Shown here: one piece after another, positions 32,078 to 41,629 of the stretch
Position numbering within the stretch: the stretch's first letter is position 1
Layout: each line of letters begins with the position of its first letter
Source: Sulfurimonadaceae bacterium
GTDB taxonomy: Bacteria; Campylobacterota; Campylobacteria; Campylobacterales; Sulfurimonadaceae
Reading direction: 5' to 3'
NCBI GenBank assembly: GCA_041571435.1
Contig: JBFFUI010000002.1
Coordinates: 64,001-128,000, forward strand
DNA length: 64,000 nucleotides
Made by a program: the position numbers and the translations under genes
Notes under the pieces: model-generated
What the model was told of the DNA's origin: nothing
The model's input: the letters and a program-made list of their open reading frames with translations, nothing else
The model's database searches: none

Positions 32078-32320
32078 TTATAAGATGTGTACTTCGTACA
32101 TATATTCATTGTCTGCAAGACCGTAACGCACTTCACGCATGTAAAAGCTTTTACCCTCATTTTCAAAATGGTCTTGAAGTGAGAGAAGATCCTTGTGAGA
32201 GTTGTCACGATCAAAGTAGAGTATTACCGTCCCTTCTTTTTTGACCATATCTTCAATCTTATTAACATCTATCTTCTTTGGTTTTGACTTAGCGTCAGTA
32301 CGGGCGATTTTCAGCTCCAT
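32078..32320 (-). CDS. HP0268-family small nuclease-like protein
   Basis: MELKIAR, YFDRDNSHKDL, REVRYGL..NEY.YEVHIL; upstream of miaB. Confidence 0.85.
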   Translation of the reverse strand: MELKIARTDAKSKPKKIDVNKIEDMVKKEGTVILYFDRDNSHKDLLSLQDHFENEGKSFYMREVRYGLADNEYMYEVHIL

Positions 32321-32645
32321 TACAGTCCTTTATGCAGTTTGTATTATTATCTGCATTATAACGACCCGAGGGTTAATTTTCGCATAAAAAGAACAGCCAC
32401 GTTTTGATGATCGCCAAATATTTACATATTTTCCCTGTTTTAGGGCACTTCAACCGATAAACACTCTTGGCACATTTTTGAAAACCTGCAATATTTTTTG
32501 GCCTTCACAAACGCATATTGGTACCATTTTCATCTGCCGTTAATCAGAGTAAAATCAATTTATGCTATAATTCTGACCTTCCTGGAAATGAATCACCAAA
32601 CATCTTTTTTTGGAACGAACCAGACGAATACTAATGGAGACAATT

Positions 32646-33800
32646 ATGGAAAATGTATTAGATATTATTGATGCACTGGCACATGAAAAAGGGTTGAGTC
32701 CCGAAAGTGTCAAGACGGCACTTAAAAACGCTTTTATCAAGACAGCACAGCGTCTGATCAATGAAGATTTCACCTACGATGCAGAGATCGATGAAGAGAC
32801 AAAGACCATTCGTGTCTATCAGACCATTACGGTCGTTGCCGATGACGACGATGATCATCTCTATACCGAAGAGGGTGATGTCAATCAGGGCTATATCTCG
32901 CTGTCACGTGCCCGTGAAGAGGTCGATCCTGATGTCGATGTCGGTGATGAATTCCAGATTGAACACGACATCGAGAGTCATGGCCGTACCGCTGCAATGA
33001 CACTTTACCGTGAGATCGAATACCACGTTCAACGTCTGGTCGAAGATGAACTCTATAACAAGTATAAAGAGAAGATCGGCACCATAGTCAACGGTCGTGT
33101 GACCCGTGTTGATGATAATAACAACACCTACATCGAGATGGATGAAGTACGTGCTATTCTGCCGATGAAGAGTCGTATTAAAGGCGAAGTGTTCGCTGTT
33201 GGTGATGTTGTCAAAGCTGTTGTACGTCGTGTTAACATCGACAAAATTAATGGCATCCAGATCGAACTTTCACGTACCTCTCCTAAATTCCTTGAAGGTC
33301 TTTTGGCACTGGAGGTACCGGAGATCGCTGACGAAGTCGTATTGATCGAAAAAGCGGCCCGTATTCCGGGTGAACGTGCAAAGATCGCCCTCATTTCAAC
33401 ACATCCTCAAGTTGACCCGGTCGGTGCGACCGTCGGTGTCAAAGGGGTGCGCATCAACGCCGTCAGCGAAGAGCTGCTTGGCGAAAACATTGACTGTATC
33501 GAATACACGACCGTACCGGAACTGTTCATTGCCCGTGCGATGAGTCCGGCGATCATTAATTCGGTTATCATCGAAGGCGAAGCGGACAATGAAGAGAACC
33601 CGCTTAAAGCGGTCGTCACGCTGCCATCTGACCAGAAGTCAAAAGCTATCGGTAAAAGCGGTATCAATATCCGTCTGGCCTCGATGCTGACCGGCTACGC
33701 TATCGAACTTGTCGAACAAGACGGCGGCGAAAGTGCCGAAGGTGCGAAAGTCGAAGAGAAAAAAGATGACGTCTCTTCACTTGAAGCACTTTTCGGTTAG
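32646..33800 (+). CDS. nusA: Transcription factor NusA
   Basis: S1 and KH domains, LSRTSP.F, EVPEI, RIPGERAK, AIGKSG.NIRLAS; GGAG RBS before ATG 32646. Confidence 0.97.
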   Translation: MENVLDIIDALAHEKGLSPESVKTALKNAFIKTAQRLINEDFTYDAEIDEETKTIRVYQTITVVADDDDDHLYTEEGDVNQGYISLSRAREEVDPDVDVGDEFQIEHDIESHGRTAAMTLYREIEYHVQRLVEDELYNKYKEKIGTIVNGRVTRVDDNNNTYIEMDEVRAILPMKSRIKGEVFAVGDVVKAVVRRVNIDKINGIQIELSRTSPKFLEGLLALEVPEIADEVVLIEKAARIPGERAKIALISTHPQVDPVGATVGVKGVRINAVSEELLGENIDCIEYTTVPELFIARAMSPAIINSVIIEGEADNEENPLKAVVTLPSDQKSKAIGKSGINIRLASMLTGYAIELVEQDGGESAEGAKVEEKKDDVSSLEALFG

Positions 33801-33822
33801 ACCCAGGCTTCATAAACCTCTC

Positions 33823-33844
33823 CACTCCCCAGACAGGGGGAGTG
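33823..33844. terminator. Hairpin between convergent nusA and the ABC permease
   Basis: cactcccc-agacag-ggggagtg. Confidence 0.6.
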
Positions 33845-33884
33845 ACTTAAACACCCTCTCTCTACTCCCTCTCAACCCAAAAAG

Positions 33885-34847
33885 TTAAGACGCTCGCTTT
33901 GCATACGGATTCAGCTTTAACAGCAGCATATCTGCCATCATATTGCCCAGCAGTGTCAAGAATGCGGTAATGATCAAGATCCCCATAATGACCGGGTAAT
34001 CCCTGCTCAACGCACTCAGATAGAAGAGCTGTCCCATTCCCTCGATGCTGAAGATCGTCTCCAGAATAACACTGCCTCCGATAAGTCCCGGAAGAGAGAG
34101 ACCCAGAAGAGTCACAACCGGCGGTATAAGGTTCCGCAGGATATAACGGCGAAGAAGAATGGCCTCACTCAACCCTCGCGAACGGGCAAAATAGTAGTAA
34201 TCACTTTTTAATATCTCAAGTGTCAACGAGCGGATATAGACGATCATCGAACCGATACTGACAAAAACCATTACACCGATTGGCAGAACAAGGTGCCATG
34301 CCATATCCGCATAATAGGCAAAGCCCTCTTTAGCGTCGACTGAGTGCAGTCCCGCAATCGGCAGCACTTCCAGCTCCACACTTAAAAACAGCATCAAAAG
34401 CAGTGCCAGATAAAACGACGGCATCGCGAAAGATACCAGAGAGAGCTGACGGATTGCGTGATCCATCCACGAACCGTTTACGCGTGCTGCTTTTACCCCA
34501 AGATAGATAGAGATGACAAAGACAAAGAGCATAGAGAGGATATTGAGCAGCAGTGTTATCGGCAGCCGTTTTGCGATCTCGCTGCTCACATCGGCCCCGG
34601 TAACAAAAGAGATACCGAAATTGAGCTGGGCCAGGTTGACAACCCAGTCGATATACTGCCGGTAGAGCGGTTTGTCCAGTCCATAAACAGCCTTGAGCTG
34701 CGCAATTGCCTCTTCAGTCATATTGGGGTTGAGCTCCCCTGCCCCGAAGAAGCTGTTTGGTGCAGCATGAATAGCCAGAAAAGAGATTAGCGATATCAGT
34801 AGCAACATCAAGACGATGTATCGCAGTTTTTTTAAAACGGTCGGCAT
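33885..34847 (-). CDS. DppB/OppB-family ABC permease
   Basis: GLDKPL..QY..W, NFGIS, ARSRGLSE loop, ILETIFSIEGMG, RDYP. Confidence 0.93.
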   Translation of the reverse strand: MPTVLKKLRYIVLMLLLISLISFLAIHAAPNSFFGAGELNPNMTEEAIAQLKAVYGLDKPLYRQYIDWVVNLAQLNFGISFVTGADVSSEIAKRLPITLLLNILSMLFVFVISIYLGVKAARVNGSWMDHAIRQLSLVSFAMPSFYLALLLMLFLSVELEVLPIAGLHSVDAKEGFAYYADMAWHLVLPIGVMVFVSIGSMIVYIRSLTLEILKSDYYYFARSRGLSEAILLRRYILRNLIPPVVTLLGLSLPGLIGGSVILETIFSIEGMGQLFYLSALSRDYPVIMGILIITAFLTLLGNMMADMLLLKLNPYAKRAS

Positions 34848-34895
34848 AGAACTCTTTTATTTTTTAATAGCAGATTATATCAAGTTGTCCGCTGA

Positions 34896-35744
34896 TCACA
34901 GTTCAAGGACAAAATCCCGTCTCAAAAGATATCCCAGACCGTAAACAAACAGCCACAAAGCCACTAGAGGAATGATTATCGTGTTAATGATAAAAACGGT
35001 GATCAAACGGATAATACTATCCATCGCATCATTGAATTTTTCAATTAACTCTCCGACACTTCTTTTGAGCTCATCTTTATACGCTTCATAGGTTTTTGAG
35101 ACATTTAACGCATCCATAAATGAACGCTCTTCCTGCCTTTCGGTCTGTTTGATTTGCACCTCTTCTATGATGACCCCGACCTCATCGGAGGTCTTGGCAA
35201 CCTCACGGAATGCATGTTCATATTTGGGTTCCAGTATCTGGGTATAGACCGCTTCGTTCATCATCACCAGCAGCGGTACAGAAAACCGTAATACTGTCAG
35301 GACAACCAGCACTTTGAAACTCGACTCGATACGCCAAGGCAGTTTGAACTTCGGCAACCAAAGCTGCAGAATGAAAAGCAGTGCCACAGCACTGAACACT
35401 GCTTTAAAAAGTACCGTCTTTCCAAAATGGAGCATCACCTCCTGAACACCGATCGAGACGGAACTCATCAACATCACCCAGGAAAAACGTTCGACCATGT
35501 CATTGATGGGATCAAGAAGCTGACCGGGAGTGAAGGTCGCACCTAGACCGGCAGGCGTGACATTGACTTCCGTTCCCTGCGCGAAGGAGACCAGTCCGTT
35601 AAGCCCTCTGGCAACAGCGAAGGTCGTCAAAGAACGGACCAATGCGGTGTCAAGCTGCTCAGAACTTTTGACATCCAGTGTCTCTAAAAGAGAAAGTGCG
35701 ACAATACATACCGATACAACGGTGAAGGCTATTTTTTTAATCAT
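34896..35744 (-). CDS. Hypothetical multi-pass membrane protein
   Basis: 282 aa, several TMs, non-overlapping ORF. Confidence 0.75.
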   Translation of the reverse strand: MIKKIAFTVVSVCIVALSLLETLDVKSSEQLDTALVRSLTTFAVARGLNGLVSFAQGTEVNVTPAGLGATFTPGQLLDPINDMVERFSWVMLMSSVSIGVQEVMLHFGKTVLFKAVFSAVALLFILQLWLPKFKLPWRIESSFKVLVVLTVLRFSVPLLVMMNEAVYTQILEPKYEHAFREVAKTSDEVGVIIEEVQIKQTERQEERSFMDALNVSKTYEAYKDELKRSVGELIEKFNDAMDSIIRLITVFIINTIIIPLVALWLFVYGLGYLLRRDFVLEL

Positions 35745-35858
35745 AAACTATTGTAACAGAGTCGATCACTCTTTTACAAGTCACAAGAGCATTGGATAGG
35801 CTATTTTTGTCTCTGTATATCAGATTTGCGTAACTTTTAGCAGACCCTATGGTGTCGC

Positions 35859-36173
35859 TTAGGCTTCCGTGTCTGAACCGGTATCCGGCGTCTTTTCTTG
35901 TCGCATGCTCGCTTTTGCAATAATCTCGACATAACATGCATCCCACTCCGCTTCACGCGCACTGTCCAATGCAGCGATTATCTCGGATGCTGAAAGCACC
36001 TGTGCCTCCTCGCTGCTGCGCCCAAAACGGCAATTAAAATCCCAATATACGGCATCTTCGGGCAGTTTTTTCTTACGCTCGCGTTTAAGGTATTTTCGGA
36101 CTTCATATTTGACAGCCTCGAGCAGACGATCCGGGTTTCTGTTCTCTTGTTTCAGTTTAAATGTTTTTTTCAA
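35859..36173 (-). CDS. DUF6172-like small protein
   Basis: MKKTFKL...RKYLKRERKKKLPE..YWDFNC.FG...YVEIIAK. Confidence 0.7.
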   Translation of the reverse strand: MKKTFKLKQENRNPDRLLEAVKYEVRKYLKRERKKKLPEDAVYWDFNCRFGRSSEEAQVLSASEIIAALDSAREAEWDACYVEIIAKASMRQEKTPDTGSDTEA

Positions 36174-36429
36174 TGTATGCCTTTATTTTGCTAATTGTAC
36201 ATAAGTTTCTCTTTACTTGTTGTACCAAAGTGCCTATTTGCAGAGTCCATGCATAATCTGTTTTATAGTCGCCCGGATGATTCTTTATTTTGAACGACCT
36301 CTAGTGTGAAGTATGAAAATTTGTTACTAAATGCTACAACTTCATAGTTTATATTCGATCTTCCTGCCAGCAGTGTTCTACCTAACATATTTTCAACTAT
36401 TATAAATTCAAATAACCAAAGGAATTCAC

Positions 36430-36714
36430 ATGAAAAAAGTGATTATTACAACTCTTATTCTGGCTGCTACAGCTTCAGTCGCATCTGCCGATGCTTATGC
36501 TAAATGTGTCACTTGCCATGGTGCAGCAGGTGAAAAATCTGCTCTTAACAAAAGCAAGATCATCAAAGACATGTCAAAAGCAGAGATCGTTGCAGCCCTG
36601 AACGGGTACAAAGACGGTTCATACGGCGGCCCAATGAAAGGCGTTATGAAAGGTCAGGTTGCGGCGTTGAGCGATGCAGACATTCAAGCGATCGCAGAGA
36701 AGATCGGCAAATAA
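36430..36714 (+). CDS. Periplasmic monoheme cytochrome c553
   Basis: Signal peptide, CVTCH, YGGPMKGVMKGQ. Confidence 0.93.
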   Translation: MKKVIITTLILAATASVASADAYAKCVTCHGAAGEKSALNKSKIIKDMSKAEIVAALNGYKDGSYGGPMKGVMKGQVAALSDADIQAIAEKIGK

Positions 36715-36821
36715 TCACATCCATATGACAGCACTCCCGCTGTCATCTTACTCCCTCCCACATACAATCACAAAACATTTTTAATAGATATTTCGCTGCT
36801 GCAAACAATCAATATCATCCA

Positions 36822-37208
36822 TTACGACTCAAAACCATACTTTTCAAACAGCCCCAGCAGCTCCTCTGTCTCCAAAGGACCGATATGACGATAGACTTCG
36901 GTGCCGCTCTTATCATAGATGATCTGTGTCGGGATCATGCGCACCTGAAGCTGTTGCGCTACATGACGCTCTTTTTTAACGTTGATAAAGGCTATCTGAT
37001 ACCTGCTGTGTTTCTGTTTGACTTTGTAAAGTAGTTTTCCCATTATGATGCAGCTGCGGCAACTGTCAGAACCTATCTCCAGAAGATATGGCTTCCCCTT
37101 GCCGATACTTGACTTAACATAGATGTACGGTGTCTCTTTGAGCATCGGTTCGTCTGCCGATACATGCAATGCAAAGCCAACCCATAATAATAAAAGTACT
37201 CTCTTCAT
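36822..37208 (-). CDS. Exported thioredoxin-family protein
   Basis: Signal peptide, CRSC, cis-Pro IPTQI, YRHIG. Confidence 0.85.
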   Translation of the reverse strand: MKRVLLLLWVGFALHVSADEPMLKETPYIYVKSSIGKGKPYLLEIGSDSCRSCIIMGKLLYKVKQKHSRYQIAFINVKKERHVAQQLQVRMIPTQIIYDKSGTEVYRHIGPLETEELLGLFEKYGFES

Positions 37209-37236
37209 AACGTCTCCTTAAATAATAATTGCAATC

Positions 37237-37938
37237 TTACAACTGCAAATAGGCCTGATAGCCAAAATAGAACGCAAACCCTATCAACATCAGTGCAAAA
37301 CCCCGGTTAAGGTAGGTCGATAGTCTTGCAAGGGTAGTGTTCGAGGTAAGATTCTGTGCAAAACCGACTGATACCCCTGCGCCCAAGAGCAGAAGCGAAT
37401 GTCCGAATGCAAAGGTCAGGATAAGCCCGTACGCGTAGACATACCCGCTGTTTGCCGCGACGGTGACGATGGCCACAAGCGGCGCAGAAGCGCAAGGGGT
37501 ACTGACCAGACCAAAGATGATACCGATAAGGAACCCGCCGAAAAGACGGTATTTTATAAGATGCTGCATGATGGACGATTTGTCCACTTCGCCGAGCAGC
37601 CCCCAAGCATAGAGCCCGATCAAAAGGCTCATAAGTGCGGCGACTATGTAGGCCCACATCGGTGCGATGGAAAAGAAGCCGCCGAACTTAGCAACGATAT
37701 ACCCTAAAATAGAGAAACTCAGCATCACACCGAAGGCAAAAAGTGTGGCAAATGCATAGGTATATAGCACACGCTTTCGGCCTTCAAGGTCCTTGTTTAC
37801 TGCAACGGCACTTCCCACTAGAAGCGGCACCGAGATCAGTGAACACGGGGCCACTGCCGTAATGCTGCCGGCACCGAATGCGCCTATAAATGCCAAAACA
37901 GAGTGAGACTCAAGCAGTGCCAGTATAGTCTCTTGCAC
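37237..37938 (-). CDS. CcdA/DsbD-type membrane disulfide transporter (ArsG-like context)
   Basis: About 6 TMs with APC and TPC motifs. Confidence 0.88.
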   Translation of the reverse strand: MQETILALLESHSVLAFIGAFGAGSITAVAPCSLISVPLLVGSAVAVNKDLEGRKRVLYTYAFATLFAFGVMLSFSILGYIVAKFGGFFSIAPMWAYIVAALMSLLIGLYAWGLLGEVDKSSIMQHLIKYRLFGGFLIGIIFGLVSTPCASAPLVAIVTVAANSGYVYAYGLILTFAFGHSLLLLGAGVSVGFAQNLTSNTTLARLSTYLNRGFALMLIGFAFYFGYQAYLQL

Positions 37939-37940
37939 GT

Positions 37941-38174
37941 CTATCCGTTGATGTAGGCCAGGACTTCATCGACACTGAGCACCTTGCCGGTACTGACAAC
38001 CTTGCCGTCGATCACAAGACCCGGCGTGCTTACGACCTGATACTCCATGATCTTCATGATGTCATCCACTTTTTCAAGCTGAACAAACTTACCGCTTTTG
38101 GCGATCGCCTCTTTGACCACTTTTTCAAGTGTAATACACTTGGCACAGCCTGTACCCAATACCTCTATTTTCAT
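37941..38174 (-). CDS. MTH895/ArsE-family small thioredoxin-like protein
   Basis: IEVLGTGCAKC, STPGLVIDG. Confidence 0.9.
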   Translation of the reverse strand: MKIEVLGTGCAKCITLEKVVKEAIAKSGKFVQLEKVDDIMKIMEYQVVSTPGLVIDGKVVSTGKVLSVDEVLAYING

Positions 38175-38437
38175 CACTTATCCTCATCTGTTTTTAAAAG
38201 ACACTCTTGCATCATCGGTGCGATCGTATCGGCATCAATGTCCCCTGAAACGGTGATATTTGTCTCATTCGCACTGCCGCTGACCTCGATCTTATCGATC
38301 TTTTTCATCATCTCGGGATCACAGGCACATTCGCATGTTCCCTCTTGGCACGCTTCGATCTTGGCGCTGATATCCTCTTTCTTGAAGCCCGTCAGCGTCG
38401 CAGTGACACCTTTTTTTGTGTTGTTGATTGTAAACAT
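38174..38437 (-). CDS. Cys-rich hypothetical protein
   Basis: 87 aa, CQEGTCECAC plus a C-terminal Cys; coupled within the ars operon. Confidence 0.75.
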   Translation of the reverse strand: MFTINNTKKGVTATLTGFKKEDISAKIEACQEGTCECACDPEMMKKIDKIEVSGSANETNITVSGDIDADTIAPMMQECLLKTDEDK

Positions 38438-38447
38438 TGTTCTTCCT

Positions 38448-39392
38448 TTATAATATAAGATTAAAGAGATAGCCGATCGCTATGATCCCGCTACCGACGA
38501 TCGCGAAAAAGACCCCGATCAACTTGAGCGAGATCACCTTTTTCAGGATCAGCGCCTCGGGAAGGCTCAATGCCGTCACCGCCATCATAAAACTCAGGGC
38601 CGTCCCGAGCAGCATCCCTTTGGACGTCAACACCTCCACAAGGGGCATGACACCGGCTGCGTTTGAGTACATCGGAATACCCATGATCACCGCGATGATG
38701 ACGGCGAACGGGTTGCCCTCGCCTGTATACTGTGCGATAAAATTGGTCGGGATATAGCCATGTATCCACGCACCGACACCGACACCGAGCACTACGTAGA
38801 GGTAGATCTTTTTAAAGATGTCAAACGAGTAATCCCATGCCTCTTTGACACGTGCTTTGAAACTCAGTTTGACCAACCCTGCCTGCAGCTTCTCGTCGAT
38901 CGGTTTGACATCGAGTACTATCTCTTTTTCCATCTGCAATTTGCCGATAAGCATCCCGCCAAAGATAGCGACAGTGAGTCCAAAGCCGATATAGATGGCC
39001 GTCACTTTCCACCCGAACAGCCCGAACAGCATCGCGATCGCGATCTCATTGTTCATCGGCGCTGAGATAAGGTAACTGAAGGTAACGCCAAGCGGAATCC
39101 TTGCCTGTATAAACCCTAAAAAGAGCGGTATAGCACTGCAGGAACAAAACGGGGTGATGATCCCGAAAAGCGATGCACCGACATGGCCGTAAAACGCCGA
39201 CTTTCCCTGAAGGTGGGCGCGCACATACTCGGTGTTGAACCAGGTACGCAAAAAAGAGACGGCGAAGATAATGGTAATGAGCAGAAACCAGATCTTGACC
39301 GTGTCGTAGATAAAAAAGTGCAGGGCATCGCCAAGTTGACCTTCCAGCCCCAATACACCGTTGACAAATCGTCCGCTTAGCTCATGCCACAT
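38448..39392 (-). CDS. arsP: DUF318/ArsP-family permease
   Basis: TPFCSCSAIP, GVTFSYLISAP, GIPMYSNAAG, ALSLPE. Confidence 0.85.
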   Translation of the reverse strand: MWHELSGRFVNGVLGLEGQLGDALHFFIYDTVKIWFLLITIIFAVSFLRTWFNTEYVRAHLQGKSAFYGHVGASLFGIITPFCSCSAIPLFLGFIQARIPLGVTFSYLISAPMNNEIAIAMLFGLFGWKVTAIYIGFGLTVAIFGGMLIGKLQMEKEIVLDVKPIDEKLQAGLVKLSFKARVKEAWDYSFDIFKKIYLYVVLGVGVGAWIHGYIPTNFIAQYTGEGNPFAVIIAVIMGIPMYSNAAGVMPLVEVLTSKGMLLGTALSFMMAVTALSLPEALILKKVISLKLIGVFFAIVGSGIIAIGYLFNLIL

Positions 39393-39408
39393 CTTGACCC
39401 CGTTTCAA

Positions 39409-39822
39409 TTATTTTGAGCAGAGCTCTGCTTTGACGATCGGCAGAAGCTCCGCCTCGATAAGGTTCAAGGTCTTTTCATACTCCTCGACCGCTTTACCGC
39501 TCGGGTCATCAAACCCGACATGGATCGTCTTGACCGCTTTTGGAAAAACGGGACAGGTCTCTTTGGCATGGTCGCACACCGTGACAATAAGGTCGAACGG
39601 TGTATCCAGGACCGTCTCGATCACCTTGGAATGATAATCTTCCCGCCAATACCCTTTTGATTCCAATAGCGCCTGGGCATTGGGGTTCACCTTTCCGCTC
39701 GCTTTCACACCCGAGCTCTGTGCTTCGACGCAGTCACCCAGCTTCGCATTGATAAGGGCTTCTCCCATGATCGAGCGGCAACTGTTCCCTGTACACAGGA
39801 TTAAAACGTTTTTTTTCTTCAT
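39409..39822 (-). CDS. arsC: Thioredoxin-coupled arsenate reductase (LMW-PTP fold)
   Basis: CTGNSCRS, TVCDHAKETCP, FDDP; ATGA overlap with the arsR stop. Confidence 0.92.
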   Translation of the reverse strand: MKKKNVLILCTGNSCRSIMGEALINAKLGDCVEAQSSGVKASGKVNPNAQALLESKGYWREDYHSKVIETVLDTPFDLIVTVCDHAKETCPVFPKAVKTIHVGFDDPSGKAVEEYEKTLNLIEAELLPIVKAELCSK

Positions 39823-40142
39823 ACTTTGCACCCTTCTGTTTCTGACATTTTTTTCAGCGGCGGCAGATCGATACCGAGGTGTTTGATCTCTTCCAACGCT
39901 TCACGTCTGAAGCGATCAAGGGGAGTGCGTATCGAGTAATACGCCCATGTCCCTCTACGTTCGACACGCAGGAATCCCGCCTCTTTCAAGATCTTCAGAT
40001 GACGCGACAGACGCGACTGGATCATGCCCAGGGACGCCTGCATGTCGCAAACACACAAACTGCCGTGTTTGTCTATAAAACGCAAGAGTAACACACGGGT
40101 CTCGTCATTGAGCGCCGAAATACTTTTTAAAAAGATATCCAT
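39819..40142 (-). CDS. arsR: ArsR/SmtB transcriptional repressor
   Basis: From ATG 40142 (RBS AGGAG): ALNDETR, LCVCD, QSRLSRHLKILKEAG. Confidence 0.92.
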   Translation of the reverse strand: MDIFLKSISALNDETRVLLLRFIDKHGSLCVCDMQASLGMIQSRLSRHLKILKEAGFLRVERRGTWAYYSIRTPLDRFRREALEEIKHLGIDLPPLKKMSETEGCKV

Positions 40143-40179
40143 CTGCCTCTCCTTGTAAATAAAAGTATACCGGATTATA

Positions 40180-40211
40180 ATCATTATATCAAGATAGGTT
40201 GATATAATGAT
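40180..40211. promoter_or_regulatory. Perfect 13-6-13 inverted repeat, probable ArsR operator
   Basis: ATCATTATATCAA-GATAGG-TTGATATAATGAT; each arm contains TATAAT on one strand. Confidence 0.8.
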
Positions 40212-40290
40212 CTTATTTCTCAAAACCGTTAGGTAAAAGCCTCTTATTAAAATAAGATTATAATAGGCATCTATGCAAAAAGAGGCTGCT

Positions 40291-40740
40291 ATGTATAAAC
40301 ACTTATTACTACTTATATTTATCGCTACGGTTGGAAGCGCCGACACAAAACAGATCTCCTATGACAACTACCTCACTTCATTTACCTATGAAGAGCGCAA
40401 AGCGATGAAGATCAACAGTGTTGAACTGACGGTAATGCTGGAAGAAGGAGAAGCGCAACTGGTTGACATCCGTTTTAAAGAGGAGTTTGAGGCCTGGCAT
40501 ATGAAAGGGGCTCTCAACATCCCTCTGAACGAGCTTCCAAAGCGTCTCAACGAACTCGACAGAACGAAAGTGATCGTCACGGCGTGTCCACACAAAGACC
40601 GGGCCATCATGGCACGCACTTTCCTAAAGCTCAAAGGCTTTGAGACACGCTACCTCGTGGATGGGCTAATAGGGCTTGCCGACTATTGGCGCGGCGATAG
40701 TGCCAGAGAGTTTATCGATGAGCTGCACAAGGTAAAATAG
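40291..40740 (+). CDS. Exported rhodanese-like domain protein
   Basis: Signal peptide, LVDIR..EEF..WH, ALNIPL, active-site loop CPHKDR. Confidence 0.85.
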   Translation: MYKHLLLLIFIATVGSADTKQISYDNYLTSFTYEERKAMKINSVELTVMLEEGEAQLVDIRFKEEFEAWHMKGALNIPLNELPKRLNELDRTKVIVTACPHKDRAIMARTFLKLKGFETRYLVDGLIGLADYWRGDSAREFIDELHKVK

Positions 40741-40746
40741 CGTCGT

Positions 40747-41139
40747 TCAAATCGTAAAGTTCGAAAATGCGGCTTCGACACTCAAGGCACTTTTGTAACG
40801 TGTCGGCATCAATTTCACATGCTTCGTCTTCAAGTCACAAACAGCGATACGAAAATTTGACCCCATAAATGGCTCCACGATACAGATGATCTTATCACCG
40901 ATCTGCCGCGTTGTATGGATGTTGCCTTGGAGGTTGTGGAAAAAATATTTCGGATATGTCAGCGGTGTAATCTCGACGATCTCAACGCTCTTTCGTTGGT
41001 CAAGGCTCTCGGCAATAAGCGCAGCATCTTCGTAGTTGTCAAAGTGGACACACCAATCGTCAAAGGTTTTGTTAAAGTGGTCCAGGTCTTCATCCAAAAA
41101 GCCGCCCGCCGGCGATTGCAACGCGAAGATACTCATCAT
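40747..41139 (-). CDS. Hypothetical protein
   Basis: 130-aa non-overlapping ORF with AAGG RBS. Confidence 0.7.
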   Translation of the reverse strand: MMSIFALQSPAGGFLDEDLDHFNKTFDDWCVHFDNYEDAALIAESLDQRKSVEIVEITPLTYPKYFFHNLQGNIHTTRQIGDKIICIVEPFMGSNFRIAVCDLKTKHVKLMPTRYKSALSVEAAFSNFTI

Positions 41140-41469
41140 ATATGCCTTAAAAGGAGTTCCATAGCGACAGCAGCCTACTGTTCTCTATACTCATAATCTT
41201 TATCGAATTATAGTACATGAGTCTTTCAACTTTACACATTGAGCTGAAAACAAATTGGATATCAAAGGATTATATAAATAAGAGAAGATGGCCAAACAGC
41301 ACCCTGTACACTGGTGCCGTCTATAGTAGTTGATTTTCTGAAACATTATGAAATAACTTACAGTAGGTAGATCAAGGTTGGTATGACAAATTACATATTT
41401 GTTAAATACAAGAAAATCGTTTTAACATTGGTAAAATTAAATTGTGTGGGAAAATAATCTTGGAAGTAA

Positions 41470-41546
41470 TGGTGCGCCCGGAGCGATTCGAACGCCCGAC
41501 CGCTGGTACCGCAAACCAGTGCTCTATCCAGCTGAGCTACGAGCGC
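41470..41546 (-). tRNA. tRNA-Arg(GCG)
   Basis: GCGCTCGTAGCTCAGCTGGATAGAGCA CTGGT-TTGCGGT-ACCAG CGGTCGGGCGTTCGAATCGCTCCGGGCGCACCA; 77 nt, encoded CCA. Confidence 0.97.
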
Positions 41547-41629
41547 ACACCATCTCTGTTAAGAGGCCGAAATTATATGCAATTGTTCCTTAGACGAAGC
41601 TAAGGCTGAAGACATTTTACAAAATATGT

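Noticed and set aside
32475-32500. difH-like sequence TTTTTGAAAACCTGCAATATTTTTTG near the recombinase
   Set aside because: Only the left arm resembles the recalled difH consensus; spacing and right arm do not fit, and it lies in an AT-rich divergent promoter.
36322-36339. 10-bp-spaced direct repeat (tgttacta/tgctacaa) upstream of c553 as an OmpR-type site
   Set aside because: Too short and degenerate to support alone.
39819-40346. Long N-terminal extensions in the ORF track (arsR, also recG, rimM, nusA, miaA, TPR, PilO-like)
   Set aside because: They run through promoters or neighbouring genes; downstream starts have better RBS or overlap support.
41140-41469. sRNA or small ORF in the AT-rich gap after the tRNA
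   Set aside because: Only a 5-bp stem and a 12-codon ORF without a convincing RBS.
36822-41546. ars cluster as an island integrated at the tRNA-Arg 3' end
   Set aside because: No duplicated tRNA 3' end seen by eye and no adjacent integrase.
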